Assembly: GCA_963702755.1 (NCBI GenBank)
Contig: CAVPDZ010000028.1
Location: 194,410 to 258,409, forward strand
DNA: 64,000 bases
DNA from: an uncultured Alphaproteobacteria bacterium
Lineage (GTDB): Bacteria; Pseudomonadota; Alphaproteobacteria; Rhizobiales; Xanthobacteraceae
Direction: 5' to 3'
A model generated the notes under the pieces. The model had not been told where the DNA came from, searched no databases, and saw only the letters and a program-made list of their open reading frames with translations. Position numbers and translations under genes: made by a program. Below, piece by piece: positions 40,488 to 52,149 of the stretch (its first letter is position 1; each line of letters starts with the position of its first letter).

Positions 40488-41711
40488 TCAGCGCCACAAT
40501 TCCTTGCTCGCGAGCGCTGCGCCGTCGGACAACGCCTGGAGCTTGGCCCAGGCGATCTGCGGATGAATGCGGCCGCCGAGGCCGCAATCGGTGCCGGCAA
40601 TAACGTTTTCCCGGCCGACGACCTTGGCGTAGCGGACGATGCGGTCAGCCACCACCTGCGGATGTTCGACGATATTGGTGGCGTGGCTCACGACGCCGGG
40701 GATCAGCATTTTGCCGTCCGGCAGCTTCACGTCCTGCCACACCCGCCATTCGTGCTCGTGGCGAACGTTGCCGGCCTCCACCGAATAGGCGCCAGCGTTG
40801 ACGCTCAAGACGAGATCGACAATGTCCTTGAGCGGAATGTCGGTCGTATGCGGGCCGTGCCAACTGCCCCAGCAGATGTGGAAGCGGATGCGGTCGGCGG
40901 GCAGGCCGCGCAGCGCGTGGTTCAACGCCTCCATCCGCACTTTTTCGAATTTCTTGAATTCACCGAGCGGCGGCTCCGGGTTGATCATGTCCCAGTTGTC
41001 GGGAAGGCTCGGATCGTCGATCTGCAGCACGATCCCGGCATCGACGATCGCCTTGTATTCCTCGCGCATCGCGTCGGCCGAGGCGAACAGGAACTCCTCT
41101 TCGGTCTTGTAGTAGAGGTCCTCGCCGCGCGCGAAGCTGCCGGGACCGATCGAACACATGAAGCCTTCTTCGGTGCCGGTCGCCGCCATTGCTTTTTTCA
41201 GGTTGGCGATATCGGCGGCGAGCGCGGCCTGCCCGGTATAGGTGATCGGTCCGGTACAGACGGGGCGGCCCACCGGCCGTCGCGCGGCGCTGCCCAGGAG
41301 GCTGCCGCTCGATTCCGGGTCCTGGTAGAACTCGCCGAACTTCTGCCAGTCGCGGCGATTGGCAAACGAGGTCAGCGCGACTTCGGCGACGCTCGACTTC
41401 GTGTGCTGCGATTGCGTTCCGCCGCCCGCCGGCGAAAACCCCGACATCCGCGCGAAGGCGTAGTTCCACCACGCGCCATAGTCATAGCTGCCGGCAACCG
41501 GCTTGCCGAACTCGCCATCATCGGGAATGTCGACGCCGAGGTCGCGCTGCTTGCGCACGACGTCGGCAACCGCGGCCGCCAGAACCTGCGCGAAGGCGGC
41601 GTCATCCTTGCTTTCGCCCGCGGCGCGCGCCCTGCCGATGGCGATGAGGTTCGCCGGCCGCGACAAACTTCCGGCGTGGGTGGTGAGGATGCGATCCGTG
41701 CTGCGTTTCAT
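40488..41711 (-). CDS. cobalamin-independent methionine synthase-like (MetE C-terminal domain family) protein
   Basis: ATG at 41711 (MKRSTDRILTTHAGSL). ~407 aa. HICWGSWHGPH and GTDCGLG metal-ligand-type motifs of the MetE/UROD-like family. Confidence 0.78.
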   Translation of the reverse strand: MKRSTDRILTTHAGSLSRPANLIAIGRARAAGESKDDAAFAQVLAAAVADVVRKQRDLGVDIPDDGEFGKPVAGSYDYGAWWNYAFARMSGFSPAGGGTQSQHTKSSVAEVALTSFANRRDWQKFGEFYQDPESSGSLLGSAARRPVGRPVCTGPITYTGQAALAADIANLKKAMAATGTEEGFMCSIGPGSFARGEDLYYKTEEEFLFASADAMREEYKAIVDAGIVLQIDDPSLPDNWDMINPEPPLGEFKKFEKVRMEALNHALRGLPADRIRFHICWGSWHGPHTTDIPLKDIVDLVLSVNAGAYSVEAGNVRHEHEWRVWQDVKLPDGKMLIPGVVSHATNIVEHPQVVADRIVRYAKVVGRENVIAGTDCGLGGRIHPQIAWAKLQALSDGAALASKELWR

Positions 41712-41915
41712 GTTCCCGGCCCATCTGGAGAGTGGCACGGGATGCTAGTTCACGGCCCCCGATCGCGCCAGCGGCCGGTTCGTCGGGTCGGCGCCCCCGG
41801 GCCGCGGAAAGCCGTTGCTTTCGCGTGCTCGCGATGAGATCAAGAGGCGTCAGTTATTGAAAATCGGACCCGATCCGACGACATCAAAGGGGGGATCGCT
41901 GCCCAACTGCAGCAG

Positions 41916-42587
41916 TTGAACCGGACCCGCTTTGATATGTTTGAACTCACCCTGACTTTCGATAACGGACCGGAGCCATCGGTGACCCCGAAGGTTTTGG
42001 ACGTACTGGCGCACCACCGCGTGTTGGCCACCTTCTTCGTCATCGGCAGCAAGCTCGCCGCTCCTGGCGCCCGCGCCTGCGCCGAGCGAGCCCACGCCGA
42101 AGGCCACTGGATCGGCAATCACACCTGGACCCACACCAAGCCGCTGGGCGAGCGCCCCGGCGAGGAGGCGGTGAGGCTCGAGATCGAGCGCACGCAGGCC
42201 GAGATCGGGGCGTTGGCGCACGATCCTCCGCTGTTTCGCCCCAACGGCGGCGGCGGCAACATCGACCGCCGGCTGCTGAGCCCGCAAGCCGTCGCGGCGT
42301 TGCGAGCGGGCGGCTATACCTGCGTGCTGTGGAACGCGATTCCGCGGGACTGGAAGGAGCCGGACGCGTGGGTCGAGACGGCGCTCGCGCAGATCCCGCT
42401 CCAGCCCTGGACCCTTATGGTGCTGCATGACATGCCCACCGGGGCGATGCGCCACCTCGACCGGTTTCTGACGGAGGTCAAGCAGCGCGGCTGGCGCATT
42501 CGCCAGGATTTCCCGCCGGCATGCCTGCCGCTGACGGCCGGGAAGGTCACCGGGCCCTTGGCTGACGTGGTCAGTTTGGCGGCTTAA
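41916..42587 (+). CDS. polysaccharide deacetylase (NodB homology) family protein
   Basis: LTFDNGP...ATFFVIG...HWIGNHTWTH motifs. Alternative start at 41937. Confidence 0.8.
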   Translation: MNRTRFDMFELTLTFDNGPEPSVTPKVLDVLAHHRVLATFFVIGSKLAAPGARACAERAHAEGHWIGNHTWTHTKPLGERPGEEAVRLEIERTQAEIGALAHDPPLFRPNGGGGNIDRRLLSPQAVAALRAGGYTCVLWNAIPRDWKEPDAWVETALAQIPLQPWTLMVLHDMPTGAMRHLDRFLTEVKQRGWRIRQDFPPACLPLTAGKVTGPLADVVSLAA

Positions 42588-42661
42588 GCGGCTGGCAACT
42601 GTTCTGGCGTCACATTACCGTGCTGTTTGCGGTAGAAACTTGCCGAATTGATTCGCTGCTC

Positions 42662-43400
42662 ATGACAAGCCATTCCCCTGCCTCGATGCCTAAACGCGCC
42701 ATGGTGCTGGCGGCCGGGCTTGGCACGCGTATGCGTCCCCTGACCAACGCCAGGCCCAAAGCGCTGGTCGAGGTCGGTGGGAAGCCGCTCCTTGATCATG
42801 TGCTTGACCGGCTGGCGGCCGGGGGCGTCGACACGGTTGTGGTCAACGTCCACCACTTCGCCGACCAGATCGAACGTCACCTGGCGGGGCGCCGCAAGCC
42901 GAAGGTCGTCATCTCCGACGAGCGCGGCGTGTTGCTCGATACCGGCGGCGGCGTGGTCAAGGCGCTGCCCCTTCTCGGCGCTGCGCCGTTCTTCCACCTC
43001 AACTCCGATACGCTGTGGATCGATGGCGTCAAACCGAACCTTGTTCGGCTGGCCGAAACGTTCGATCCCGCCCGCATGGATGCGTTGCTGCTCCTTGCCG
43101 CGACCGCCGTAAGCGTCGGCTACGCCGGGCGCGGCGATTTCGCCATGGCAACCGATGGCCGCCTGAGCCGACGCGCCGAACGCGACGTGGCGCCGTTCGT
43201 CTATGCGGGTGTCGCGATCCTTTCGCCCGCATTCTTTGCGGATGCTCCCTCCGGCGCGCTTCTCCCTCAATCTGCTGTTCGATCGCGCCATCGATGCCGG
43301 CCGCCTTTACGGCCTTCGGCTCGATGGCGTGTGGCTGCATGTCGGGACGCCGGAAGCAGTTCCCGTCGCCGAAGCCGCGATCCTCGCCAGCGCCGCGTGA
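42662..43400 (+). pseudogene. sugar-phosphate nucleotidyltransferase (MurU-like), frameshifted near 43258
   Basis: AMVLAAGLGTRMRPLTNARPKALVEVGGKPLLDHVLDRL... is sensible to ..FFADAPSGA. It continues in ORF 43203..43400 (FSLNLLFDRAIDAGRLYGLRLDGVWLHVGTPEAV..*). The position upstream of addB is typical. Confidence 0.8.
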
Positions 43401-43457
43401 TAGACTGCCGGCGCGAATCGCGGCTGCCGATGCCGCGAGCCGACAGCCGACAATTCG

Positions 43458-46400
43458 ATGACCGCGCGCGTCTTCACCATACCGCCGTCGGCGCCGTTTC
43501 TGCCGGCGCTGATCGAGGCGTTTGCCGAGGGCCGGCTTGTCGATGGCGTGGCCGCGGGCCCGCTCGCCTTCGCTGACGCCACGATCTTCCTGCCGACGCG
43601 GCGCGCCTGCCGCCTTGCCCGCGATGCCTTTCTCGATCTCCCGGGGGTGGATGCGGCGGTGCTGCCGCGCATCGTGCCGATCGGCGATATCGACGAGGAC
43701 GAACTGGTGTTCGCCGACGCCGCGACCGGCGGCATCGCCGGCGATGCACTCGACCTGCCGCCCGCGATCGAGGGCCTTGAACGGCGCTTCCTGCTGGCGC
43801 GCCTCGTCCTCAAATGGGCCGAGCAGCTCGCGCCGCTGACCGGCGAGCCGCCGCTCGTGGTGCGCCATCCGGCCGCCGCGCTCGGACTGGCCGACGATCT
43901 CGCGCGTCTGATGGACGACATGACGACGCGGGAGGTGCCGTGGGAGCGGCTCGACGAGCTGGTGCCCGATGAGTTCGACGAATACTGGCAGCTCACGCTG
44001 AATTTTCTCAAAGTCGCTCGTGAACAATGGCCGCAAATCCTTGCGGCGCAGGGCGCGATCGAACCGGCAGCACGCCGCGACCGTTTGATCGCCGCGGAGG
44101 CGCGCAGACTCGCGGCGACCAACCCGCCGGTGATCGCGGCCGGCTCGACCGGCTCCATGCCCGCGACCGCGAAACTGCTTGCGACGATTGCAGCGCTCCC
44201 CCGCGGCGCCGTGGTGCTGCCCGGCCTCGACACCGACCTCGACGACGACGCCTGGCGCGACGTCGGCGGGGCGCCCAGCCATCCGCAATTCGCGATGCAC
44301 GCACTTCTCGCGCGCATCGGCATCGTGCGGCGCGAAGTCGCGACACTCATCCCGCCAGCGCCGCACGGCCGCGAAATGCTGGCGAGCGAAACGCTGCGGC
44401 CGGCGCCCGCGACCGCCGCTTGGCGCGAGCGGCTCGCCGCGGAGGATTCGCGCCACGCCATCGAGCACGCGATTGCCGGATTGACCGTCATCGAGGCGGC
44501 CAATGCGGAGGAAGAAGCGCTCGTCATTGCCGTCGCGCTGCGCGAGGCGTTGACGGATGACACCCGCACGGCGCTGCTCGTCACGCCCGACCGCGCTCTC
44601 GCGCGCCGCGTCACCGTGCTGCTCAAGCGTTGGAACATCACGGCGGACGATTCCGGCGGCGATCCGCTCGCCGAGACCGCCGCCGGCGCTTTTGCGCGGG
44701 CAGTCGCTGAAGCGGCGCTGTCGCGCCTCGCGCCCGTGCCGCTGCTTGCGCTTCTCAAGCACAAGCTGGCGCGGTTCGGCGCTGACGACAATGCCGCCGC
44801 GATTGCCGCGCTGGAGCGGGCGGTGCTGCGCGGGCCGCGTCCGCGGCCCGGCTCTGCGGGGCTCGCGCAAGCGCTTGCCGATGTTCGTGCCGAGCTTGCC
44901 AAGCTGCGGCGCGGCGAGCCCTCCACGATCCATCGCAGCGATCCGCGCGCGTCGCTCGATGATGCCGAGATCGCGGCGGCGGAGCGCCTGGTCAGCCGCA
45001 TTGCGGCCGCGCTCGCCCCGCTCGAATCGCTCGGTGCGGGCGAGGTTGATTTCGCCGCGATCGCGGCGCGCCATTACGAAGCGGTGCGGCTCGCAAGCAG
45101 CGATGCGGCGGGAACCCCGGTGGCCTTTGCCGGTCCCGACGGCGGCACGCTGGCACAGGCGTTTGACGATATTGCAATACAAGTCGGCGATGCGCCCTTC
45201 CTGATCGCGACGGAAGACTATGGCGAACTCTTTCGCCTTGCCGTCGGGGATCGAGCGGTGCGACGGCCGGGCGTCCAGGCAAGCCGCGTGCGCATTCTCG
45301 GTCCGCTCGAAGCGCGTCTTACCACCGCCGACCGCGTCATCATCGGCGGGCTCGTCGAAGGCGTGTGGCCGCCCGATCCGCGCAGCGATCCGTGGCTGAG
45401 CCGCCCCATGCGGCAGGACCTCGGGCTCGACCTGCCGGAGCGGCGCATCGGACTTGCGGCGCACGACTTCGCCCAGCTTCTCGGCGCACGCGAGGTGTTC
45501 GTCACCCGCGCCGCCAAGCTCGCCGGCGCGCCAACGGTGGCCTCGCGCTTCCTCCAACGGCTCGCCGCGGTCGCGGGCGCTGCGTCGTGGGAAGCGGCGA
45601 TCGCTCGCGGCGAGCGCTACCGCGCTCTTGCGCGGCGGCTCGACGAGCCGGAAGGTCCCGCGCGTCCGGTGATGCGGCCGGAGCCGCGCCCGCCCCGCGC
45701 GGTGCGCCCCAAAGCCTTGTCGGTCACCGAGATCGAGCACTGGCTGCGCGATCCCTACACGATCTACGCGCGCCACATCCTCAAGCTCGCGCCGCTCGAT
45801 CAGGTCGACGAGCCGCCCGGCGCTGCCGAGCGCGGCAGCCTCATTCACGCGGCGATCGGAGAATTCGCGAAGACTTACGCCAGCGAATTGCCGGAGAACC
45901 CCTATGCCGAGTTGTTGCGCATCGGCCGCGCGCATTTCGCCGGGCTCGATGACTTTCCCGAGGCCCGCGCGTTCTGGTGGCCGCGGTTCGAGCGGATTGC
46001 CGGCTGGTTCGCCGAGTATGAGCGCAAGCGCCGCGACAAGGTCATTGGCGCGCACGTCGAAGTGCAGGGCGCGTTGCAGATTCCGGTCAACGGCAGCTTC
46101 TTCCGCCTGACCGGCCGCGCCGACCGCATCGAGCAGCTGGTCGACGGCGGCTACGCCATCCTCGATTTCAAGACCGGTGCGCCGCCGTCCTCGAAGCAAG
46201 TGCAGATCGGGGTCTCGCCGCAATTGACGCTTGAAGCCGCGATGTTGCGCGCCGGCGCGTTCGGCGCAATCGCGCCCGGCGGCTCGGTGGCGGAGCTCGA
46301 TTTATGTCCGGCTGCACGGCGGCGATCCCGCGGGAAAGGAGCAGCCGATCAAATTGGATGGCGTGACGGTCGACGGCGCGGCCGACGCCGCGTTGGCGAA

Positions 46401-46554
46401 ACTCTCGGAGCTCGTCGCGCGGTTCGATGACGATGACATGCCGTATCGCCCGCTCATCCTCTCGATGTGGGCGAAGCGCTACGGCACCTATGACGAGCTC
46501 GCCCGCGTCAAGGAATGGGCGCTCGCCGGCAACTTCGAAGGCGAAGAGTTTTGA
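43458..46554 (+). pseudogene. addB: double-strand break repair protein AddB (alphaproteobacterial type), frameshifted near 46300
   Basis: The 990-aa ORF is sensible to ..APGGSVAEL. The C-terminus IYVRLHGGDPAGKEQPIKLDG...ELARVKEWALAGNFEGEEF* is in ORF 46231..46554. The junction is in CGATTTATG. Confidence 0.88.
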
Positions 46555-49500
46555 GCGCGCGCCGCATCATTCCCGACGAAGTGCGGCGCCGGCAGGCGGC
46601 GGCGTCCGACCCGGGCGCGGCCGCGTTCGTCGCCGCCAATGCCGGATCGGGCAAGACCCACGTGCTGGCGCAACGGGTGATCCGGCTGATGCTGCAGGGC
46701 GGCTCCGGCGGGGTCGATCCGTCGAAGATCCTTTGCATCACCTTCACCAAGGCGGCGGCCGCCAACATGGCGGTGCGCGTGTTCGATACGCTGCGGAGCT
46801 GGATCGCGCTCGATGACGCGGCGCTCGATGCCGCCATGCGCGACATCGGCGTCACGACGATCGATGCCGCAACGCGCATGCGGGCGCGCACGCTGTTTGC
46901 GGCGGCGCTCGAAGTGCCGGGCGGGCTCAAGGTGCAGACGATCCATGCGTTCTGTACCCGCATCCTGCAGCAGTTTCCGTTCGAGGCGGACGTTGCCGCG
47001 CGGTTCACCGTGCTGGAGGAGCGCGTGCAGAGCGAGATGCTCGAGCGCGCGACCCTCGACGTCCTGCTGCGTGGCGCCGCTGCGCCGGCGAGCGAAGTTG
47101 GGCAGGCGCTCAAGGTCGCGGTCGCCGCCGTAGCCGACTCGACCTTCCGCGAGATCGTTCGCGAGGCGACGGCGAAGCGCCACGATTTCGCCGGCTGGAT
47201 CGAGGGAGCCGGCAGCGTCACGGGCGCGCTCGCCCAACTCTCGGCGACGCTCGGCATTGCGGCTGACGATACGCTCGCGGCGTGCGAACGCGATATCGTC
47301 GAGGGGCCGGTTCTGCCGTCATCGCAATGGGCCGAGGCGGCAACGGTTCTTTGCGGCAGCCCGTCGAAGAACGACAAGGAGCAGGGCGAGCGGCTGTGGC
47401 GAGCGCTTGAGCAGGTCGGGCGCGAACAGGTCGAAAGCTATCTGAGCGTTTTTTTCACCGGCAGCAACGAGCCGCGCAGAAGCCTTCTCACGAAGGGTCT
47501 CGCCGCGCGGCGTCCGGAACTCGCGCGACGTCTTGCAGACGAGCAAGCGCGGATTGTCGGCCTTGATGCGCGTCGCAAGGCCATCATCTGCCGCGACCGC
47601 ACCGCCGCGCTCGTCACCATCGCGGTCGAAGTCATCGCGCGCTATCGCGACGAGAAGGATCGCCGCGGCCTCGTCGACTATGACGATCTCATCGACAAGA
47701 CGTTGCGGCTGTTGTCCGACGGCCCCGCCGGGCTGGGTTCATTACAAGCTCGACCTCGGCCTCGATCACGTGCTGATCGACGAGGCGCAGGACACCAGCG
47801 AAAAGCAGTGGGAGATCATCAAGCGGCTGACGGCGGAGTTCGCCGCCGGAGCCGGCGCGCGCGGCCTCATCAAGCGTACCGTGTTTGCGGTCGGCGACGA
47901 GAAGCAGTCGATCTTCTCGTTCCAGGGCGCGGCGCCGCGCGAATACGAGGCGGCGCTGCGCCACTTCAAGAAGCAATACGAGCTGTCCGAGGTCGCATGG
48001 CGCGTGGTGCGGTTCGATCATTCATTCCGCTCCGGCGAGAACGTGCTCGGCGCCGTCGACGAAGTGTTCCGGCCCGCCACGGTCTATCGCAGCATCACCT
48101 CCGATCCGGGCGGGATGCTCGCCCATCAGGCGCTGCCCCACGCGGTGCCGGGACAGGTCGAGATCTGGCCGCTGATCGAGCCTGATCCGTCGCCCGACAT
48201 GGAAGCCTGGGACGCTCCGTTCGACGCGGTCCTCGAGACGAGCGCGCCCGTCAAGCTCGCGCAGAAGGTCGCAAAGACGGTGCGCCAGATGATCAACGGC
48301 GGCACGCCGATCGGGGCTGACCGCCGCCGCGTCTCGCCGGGCGACGTGCTGGTGCTGGTGCGCCAGCGCGGCACGCTGTTCACGGCGCTGATCCGCGCGC
48401 TGAAGAACGCCGGCGTTGCGGTCGCCGGCGCCGACCGGCTGACGCTGACCGAGCACATCGCGGTGATCGACCTGATGATGCTCGCCGACGCGCTGCTGCT
48501 GCCGGACGACGATCTTGCGCTCGCGATCGCGCTCAAGAGCCCTCTGTTCGGGCTTGATGACGACCAGTTGTTCAAACTCGCCCATGGCCGGCGCGCGAGC
48601 TTGCGCGCTGCGCTCGCAGCGCACGCTGCGACCGACGCGGCTTGTGCGCAGGCGGACGCGCTGCTCAAGCGCTGTGCCGTGCGTGCGCGCCACGATACGC
48701 CGTTTGCGTTCTTTGCCTGGCTGCTCGGGCCCGAACACGGGCGGCGCAAAATCTACGCGCGGCTTGGCCTCGAAGCGGCGGACGCGCTCGACGAATTCCT
48801 CGAAATGGCGCTCGCCTACGAGCGCCAGGAAACGCCTTCACTGCAAGGGTTTCTCGCCTGGCTGCGGGCGGCCGACACGCTCGTCAAGCGCGACATGGAG
48901 GTCGCGCGCAACGAGGTCCGGGTGATGACGGTGCATGGCGCGAAGGGCCTGGAAGCGCCGGTCGTCATCCTCGCCGATACGACAACGCCGCCGCGCGGCA
49001 CCCATCCGCCGCGCCTCCTCATGGTGCCGCGGCCGAAGGCGAAGCCCGGCGCGCCGCCGTGCATTGTTTGGGCGGGCCGCAGCGGAGACGACGTGGCGGC
49101 CGTTGCGACCGCGCGCACCGCGGCGCTCGAGGAGTACGAGCACGAGCATCGCCGCCTGCTTTATGTGGCGATGACGCGGGCCGCCGAGCGGCTGATCGTG
49201 TGCGGCTATGAAGGCAAGAAAAAGCGCCCGACCGGCTGCTGGTACGATCTCGTCCGCAACGCCCTCGTCGGCAAACCGGAATGCGAGGAGATCGGCGACG
49301 GCGACGCCAGGATCTGGCGCTACGTCAAGCGGATGCCGCCGGCCGAACAGCTGACGTTTGCGTTGTCTCGCGGGACGCCGCCGCTTGAGGTGCCGGCGTG
49401 GCTTACGGCGCCGGTGGCAGCGCAGCCCGCCGGGCCGGTGCTGCTCTCGCCCTCGCAGGCCTACGACGACGAGCACCCTCCCCTGGAGGGGGAGGGTCGG

Positions 49501-50309
49501 ACCGCCGCAGGCGGTCCGGGGTGGGGTGGCAGCGGCGCCGTACGTTCGACGCTGCATTTAGAAGATAGCCGCGCGGCACCATCTCCCTCCCCCCTTGTGG
49601 GGGAGGGTCGGGGTGGGGGGCGGGAGGTTACGGCGCTGAAGTGCCCCATCGCGCGACCCCCGCCCCCGACCCCTCCCCACAAGGGGGAGGGGAGAAGATT
49701 CTCGCGGGCGTGGCCGGCCCCGGATCAATTGCTGGGCAGGCTCTCCCCCCTCCAGGGGGAGGTGAAGCACGCGAGGCGCGCGCCAAGGCGATGCTGCGCG
49801 GCACGCTGCTGCATCGGCTGATGCAAGCGCTGCCCGAGATCGCGCCGGAGCGGCGCGAGAGCGCAGCGCGCGCCTTCCTCGAACGCAACGCGGCCTCACT
49901 CGACGTCGCCGAGCGCGAGCGCATCGCCGAGCGTGTGCTGGCGCTCCTCGCTGATCCGCAGTTCGCGTTGCTCTTTGCAGCCGGCAGCCGGGCCGAGGTG
50001 CCGGTCGTGGGAAGGCTTCGCCGCGCCGGCCGCCCGGACATCATCGTATCCGGCCAGATCGATCGCCTGGCGGTCACCGCCGAGGCCGTGCTGATTGCCG
50101 ACTACAAGACGAATCGCCTGCCGCCCCAAGCGGGCGAAGCGCCGCCGCCGGCTTATGTGCAGCAGCTTGCGCTTTATCGGGCGGTGCTCTCCCACCTCTA
50201 CGCGGATCGACCGATTCGCGCGGCGCTGATCTGGACCGAAATCCCGGCCGTCATGGAGATTCCGGCGGCTGCACTCGATGAAGCTTTTGCGCGCGTCACC
50301 TCCACGTGA
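46551..50309 (+). pseudogene. addA: double-strand break repair helicase AddA (UvrD-like helicase plus RecB-type nuclease), frameshifted near 47736 and carrying a ~290-bp REP insertion with a further frame change
   Basis: The TTG at 46551 overlaps the addB stop (alternative ATG at 46515). ANAGSGKTHVL; ..LLSDGPA|GWVHYKLDLGLDHVLIDEAQDTS; VMTVHGAKGLEAPVV; YVAMTRAAERL. The nuclease domain (SGQIDRLAV..LIADYKTN) is in ORF 49641..50309. Confidence 0.88.
49473..49764. repeat. composite REP insertion inside addA (two small hairpin units flanking an inverted-repeat unit)
   Basis: CACCCTCCCCTGGAGGGGGAGGGT at 49473; inverted repeat CTCCCCCCTTGTGGGGGAGGGTCGGGGTGGGGGG / CCCCCGCCCCCGACCCCTCCCCACAAGGGGGAGGGGAG at ~49593-49703; CTCTCCCCCCTCCAGGGGGAGGTG at 49741. 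Same family as 8214-8326. Confidence 0.8.
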
Positions 50310-50404
50310 CCGCGCCTTGACGGTTTTGGGTCGCCTCCCTAGGTTCCGACTCATCAAACCCGGGGGCGCCGGATGCGCCCGAATGCCGGACAACGAGGGG
50401 TCCC

Positions 50405-50728
50405 ATGGGTGTAGGCAAGGTTTCCGATGCCGATTTCGATGCCAAGGTGCTGAAATCGGCCGAACCGGTGGTCGTCGATTTCTGGGCCGAGTGGTGCGGA
50501 CCGTGCCGCGCGATTGCGCCGGCGCTTGAAGAGATCGCCAACGGCGCGCTCGGCAGCAAGGTCAAGATCGTCAAGCTCAACGTCGACGAGAATCCGCAGA
50601 CCGCGCAGAAATATCGCATCCAGTCGATCCCGACGCTGATGCTGTTCAAGAACGGCCAGATGGCCTCGATGCAGCAGGGCGCGGCCCCGAAGGCGCGCCT
50701 CGAGCAGTGGATCACCGCGGCGGTCTGA
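50405..50728 (+). CDS. trxA: thioredoxin
   Basis: 107 aa with the WCGPC active site. Canonical TrxA length, positioned after addA. Confidence 0.95.
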   Translation: MGVGKVSDADFDAKVLKSAEPVVVDFWAEWCGPCRAIAPALEEIANGALGSKVKIVKLNVDENPQTAQKYRIQSIPTLMLFKNGQMASMQQGAAPKARLEQWITAAV

Positions 50729-50755
50729 GTTGCCGCCGATATCGGAATTGCTTTG

Positions 50756-50776
50756 CGGCCGGCGAAAGCCGGCCGT
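50756..50776. terminator. hairpin GCGGCCGGC-GAAA-GCCGGCCG between convergent trxA and folC
   Basis: GC-rich stem with a GAAA loop, followed by TTTCATTT on the plus strand. Confidence 0.55.
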
Positions 50777-50805
50777 TTCATTTGTGGAGCCTTCGCGCGT
50801 GACGG

Positions 50806-52149
50806 TTATTCCGGCACGGTGCCGTTTGCCGCGAGCACCTCGCCCGCGAGATAGAGCGAGCCGGTGATGAGGATGCGCGGCGGCGGATCGAGCGCGAGCG
50901 ATCTCACCGCCGCCAGTGCTCCGGCAACGCTGTCGCTTGCATCGGCCGCGATGCCGATGGCGCGCGCGGTTGCCGCGAGGGTCTCGGCCGGCACGCCGTT
51001 GCTTTGGCTGATCGGCACCGCGATGAGGCAGCGCGCGAGCCCGGCGAAATTGCGCAGGAACCCCTCGGTGTCCTTGGTCGCCAGCATGCCCATGATGAGC
51101 ACCAGCGGACGCGAGACCCGCTCTTCCAGATCGGCGAGCGCGGCCGCGACCATGCGTCCGCCGTCCGGGTTATGGCCGCCGTCGAGCCAGAGTTCGCTGC
51201 CTGCCGGCGCCTGTGCCACGAGGTCGCCGGCCGCGAGGCGCTGCATGCGCGCGGGCCAGTCCACCTTGACGAGGCCCTGCTCGAAGGCGCCGGACGGCAG
51301 CTTGAAGCCGCAGACGCGCAGCGTCGCGATCGCCGTGCCGGCATTGTCGATCTGGTGACGGCCGAACAGGCGCGGCGGCGGCAAGTCGAGCAAGCCATGC
51401 TCGTCCTGATAGACGAGGCGGCCGCGCTCCTCGCTCGCCATCCAATCCTGGCCGGCGACATGAAGCGGCGCACCGATCTCGGCGGCGCGGTCCATGATCA
51501 CGGAGAGGGGCCCCTCGGTCTGGCGGGCGATGATGGCCGGCGTGTCGCGCCGCATGATCGCGGCCTTCTCGCCCGCGATCTTCTCCAGCGTGTCGCCGAG
51601 AAAATCCATGTGGTCCATGGAAATCGAGGTGATGACGCTCGCGAGCGGGTAGGGGACCGCATTGGTCGCGTCGTAACGGCCGCCGAGCCCGACTTCGAGC
51701 AGCAGCGCATCCGCCGGATGGTTGGCAAACAGCAGGAACGCGGCGGCGGTCTCGATCTCGAACACGGTGATGGGCGCATTGCCGTTCGCCCGCTCGCATG
51801 CGGCGAGCGCCTCGATCAGGTCGGCGTCCGGCACCAGCACGCCGCCGCCAGGCCGCCCGAGCCGAAACCGCTCGTTGATGCGCACGAGGTTGGGCGAGGT
51901 ATAGACGTGCACCCGGGCGCCGGCCGCTTCGAGGATGGCGCGCATGAATGCGATGGTCGATCCCTTGCCGTTGGTGCCGGCAACGTGGATGACGGGCGGC
52001 AACCGCTTCTCCGGATGCCCGAGGGCCGCAAGCACCGGCAGCAGGCGATCGAGCGACAGGTCGATGCGCTTGGGATGGAGCGTCAGCAGCCGCGCCATGA
52101 TGGCATCGAGCGGCGCACTCAGCGATCTTTCGACTTTTGGTTGTGACAT
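50806..52149 (-). CDS. folC: bifunctional folylpolyglutamate synthase/dihydrofolate synthase
   Basis: ATG at 52149 (ORF extends to a TTG at 52173). HVAGTNGKGST P-loop. Mur-ligase-family layout. Confidence 0.9.
   Translation of the reverse strand: MSQPKVERSLSAPLDAIMARLLTLHPKRIDLSLDRLLPVLAALGHPEKRLPPVIHVAGTNGKGSTIAFMRAILEAAGARVHVYTSPNLVRINERFRLGRPGGGVLVPDADLIEALAACERANGNAPITVFEIETAAAFLLFANHPADALLLEVGLGGRYDATNAVPYPLASVITSISMDHMDFLGDTLEKIAGEKAAIMRRDTPAIIARQTEGPLSVIMDRAAEIGAPLHVAGQDWMASEERGRLVYQDEHGLLDLPPPRLFGRHQIDNAGTAIATLRVCGFKLPSGAFEQGLVKVDWPARMQRLAAGDLVAQAPAGSELWLDGGHNPDGGRMVAAALADLEERVSRPLVLIMGMLATKDTEGFLRNFAGLARCLIAVPISQSNGVPAETLAATARAIGIAADASDSVAGALAAVRSLALDPPPRILITGSLYLAGEVLAANGTVPE

Noticed and set aside
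41712-41915. Cobalamin or SAM riboswitch in the leader of the MetE-like gene
   Set aside because: Read on the minus strand, the leader has a GCCACT-like string but none of the other conserved cobalamin (GGGAA / GGTG...CC core) or SAM-II elements. The support is insufficient.
43029-46223. 1064-aa minus-strand ORF
   Set aside because: Shadow ORF opposite addB. No recognisable domain and extreme Arg/Gly/Ala content.
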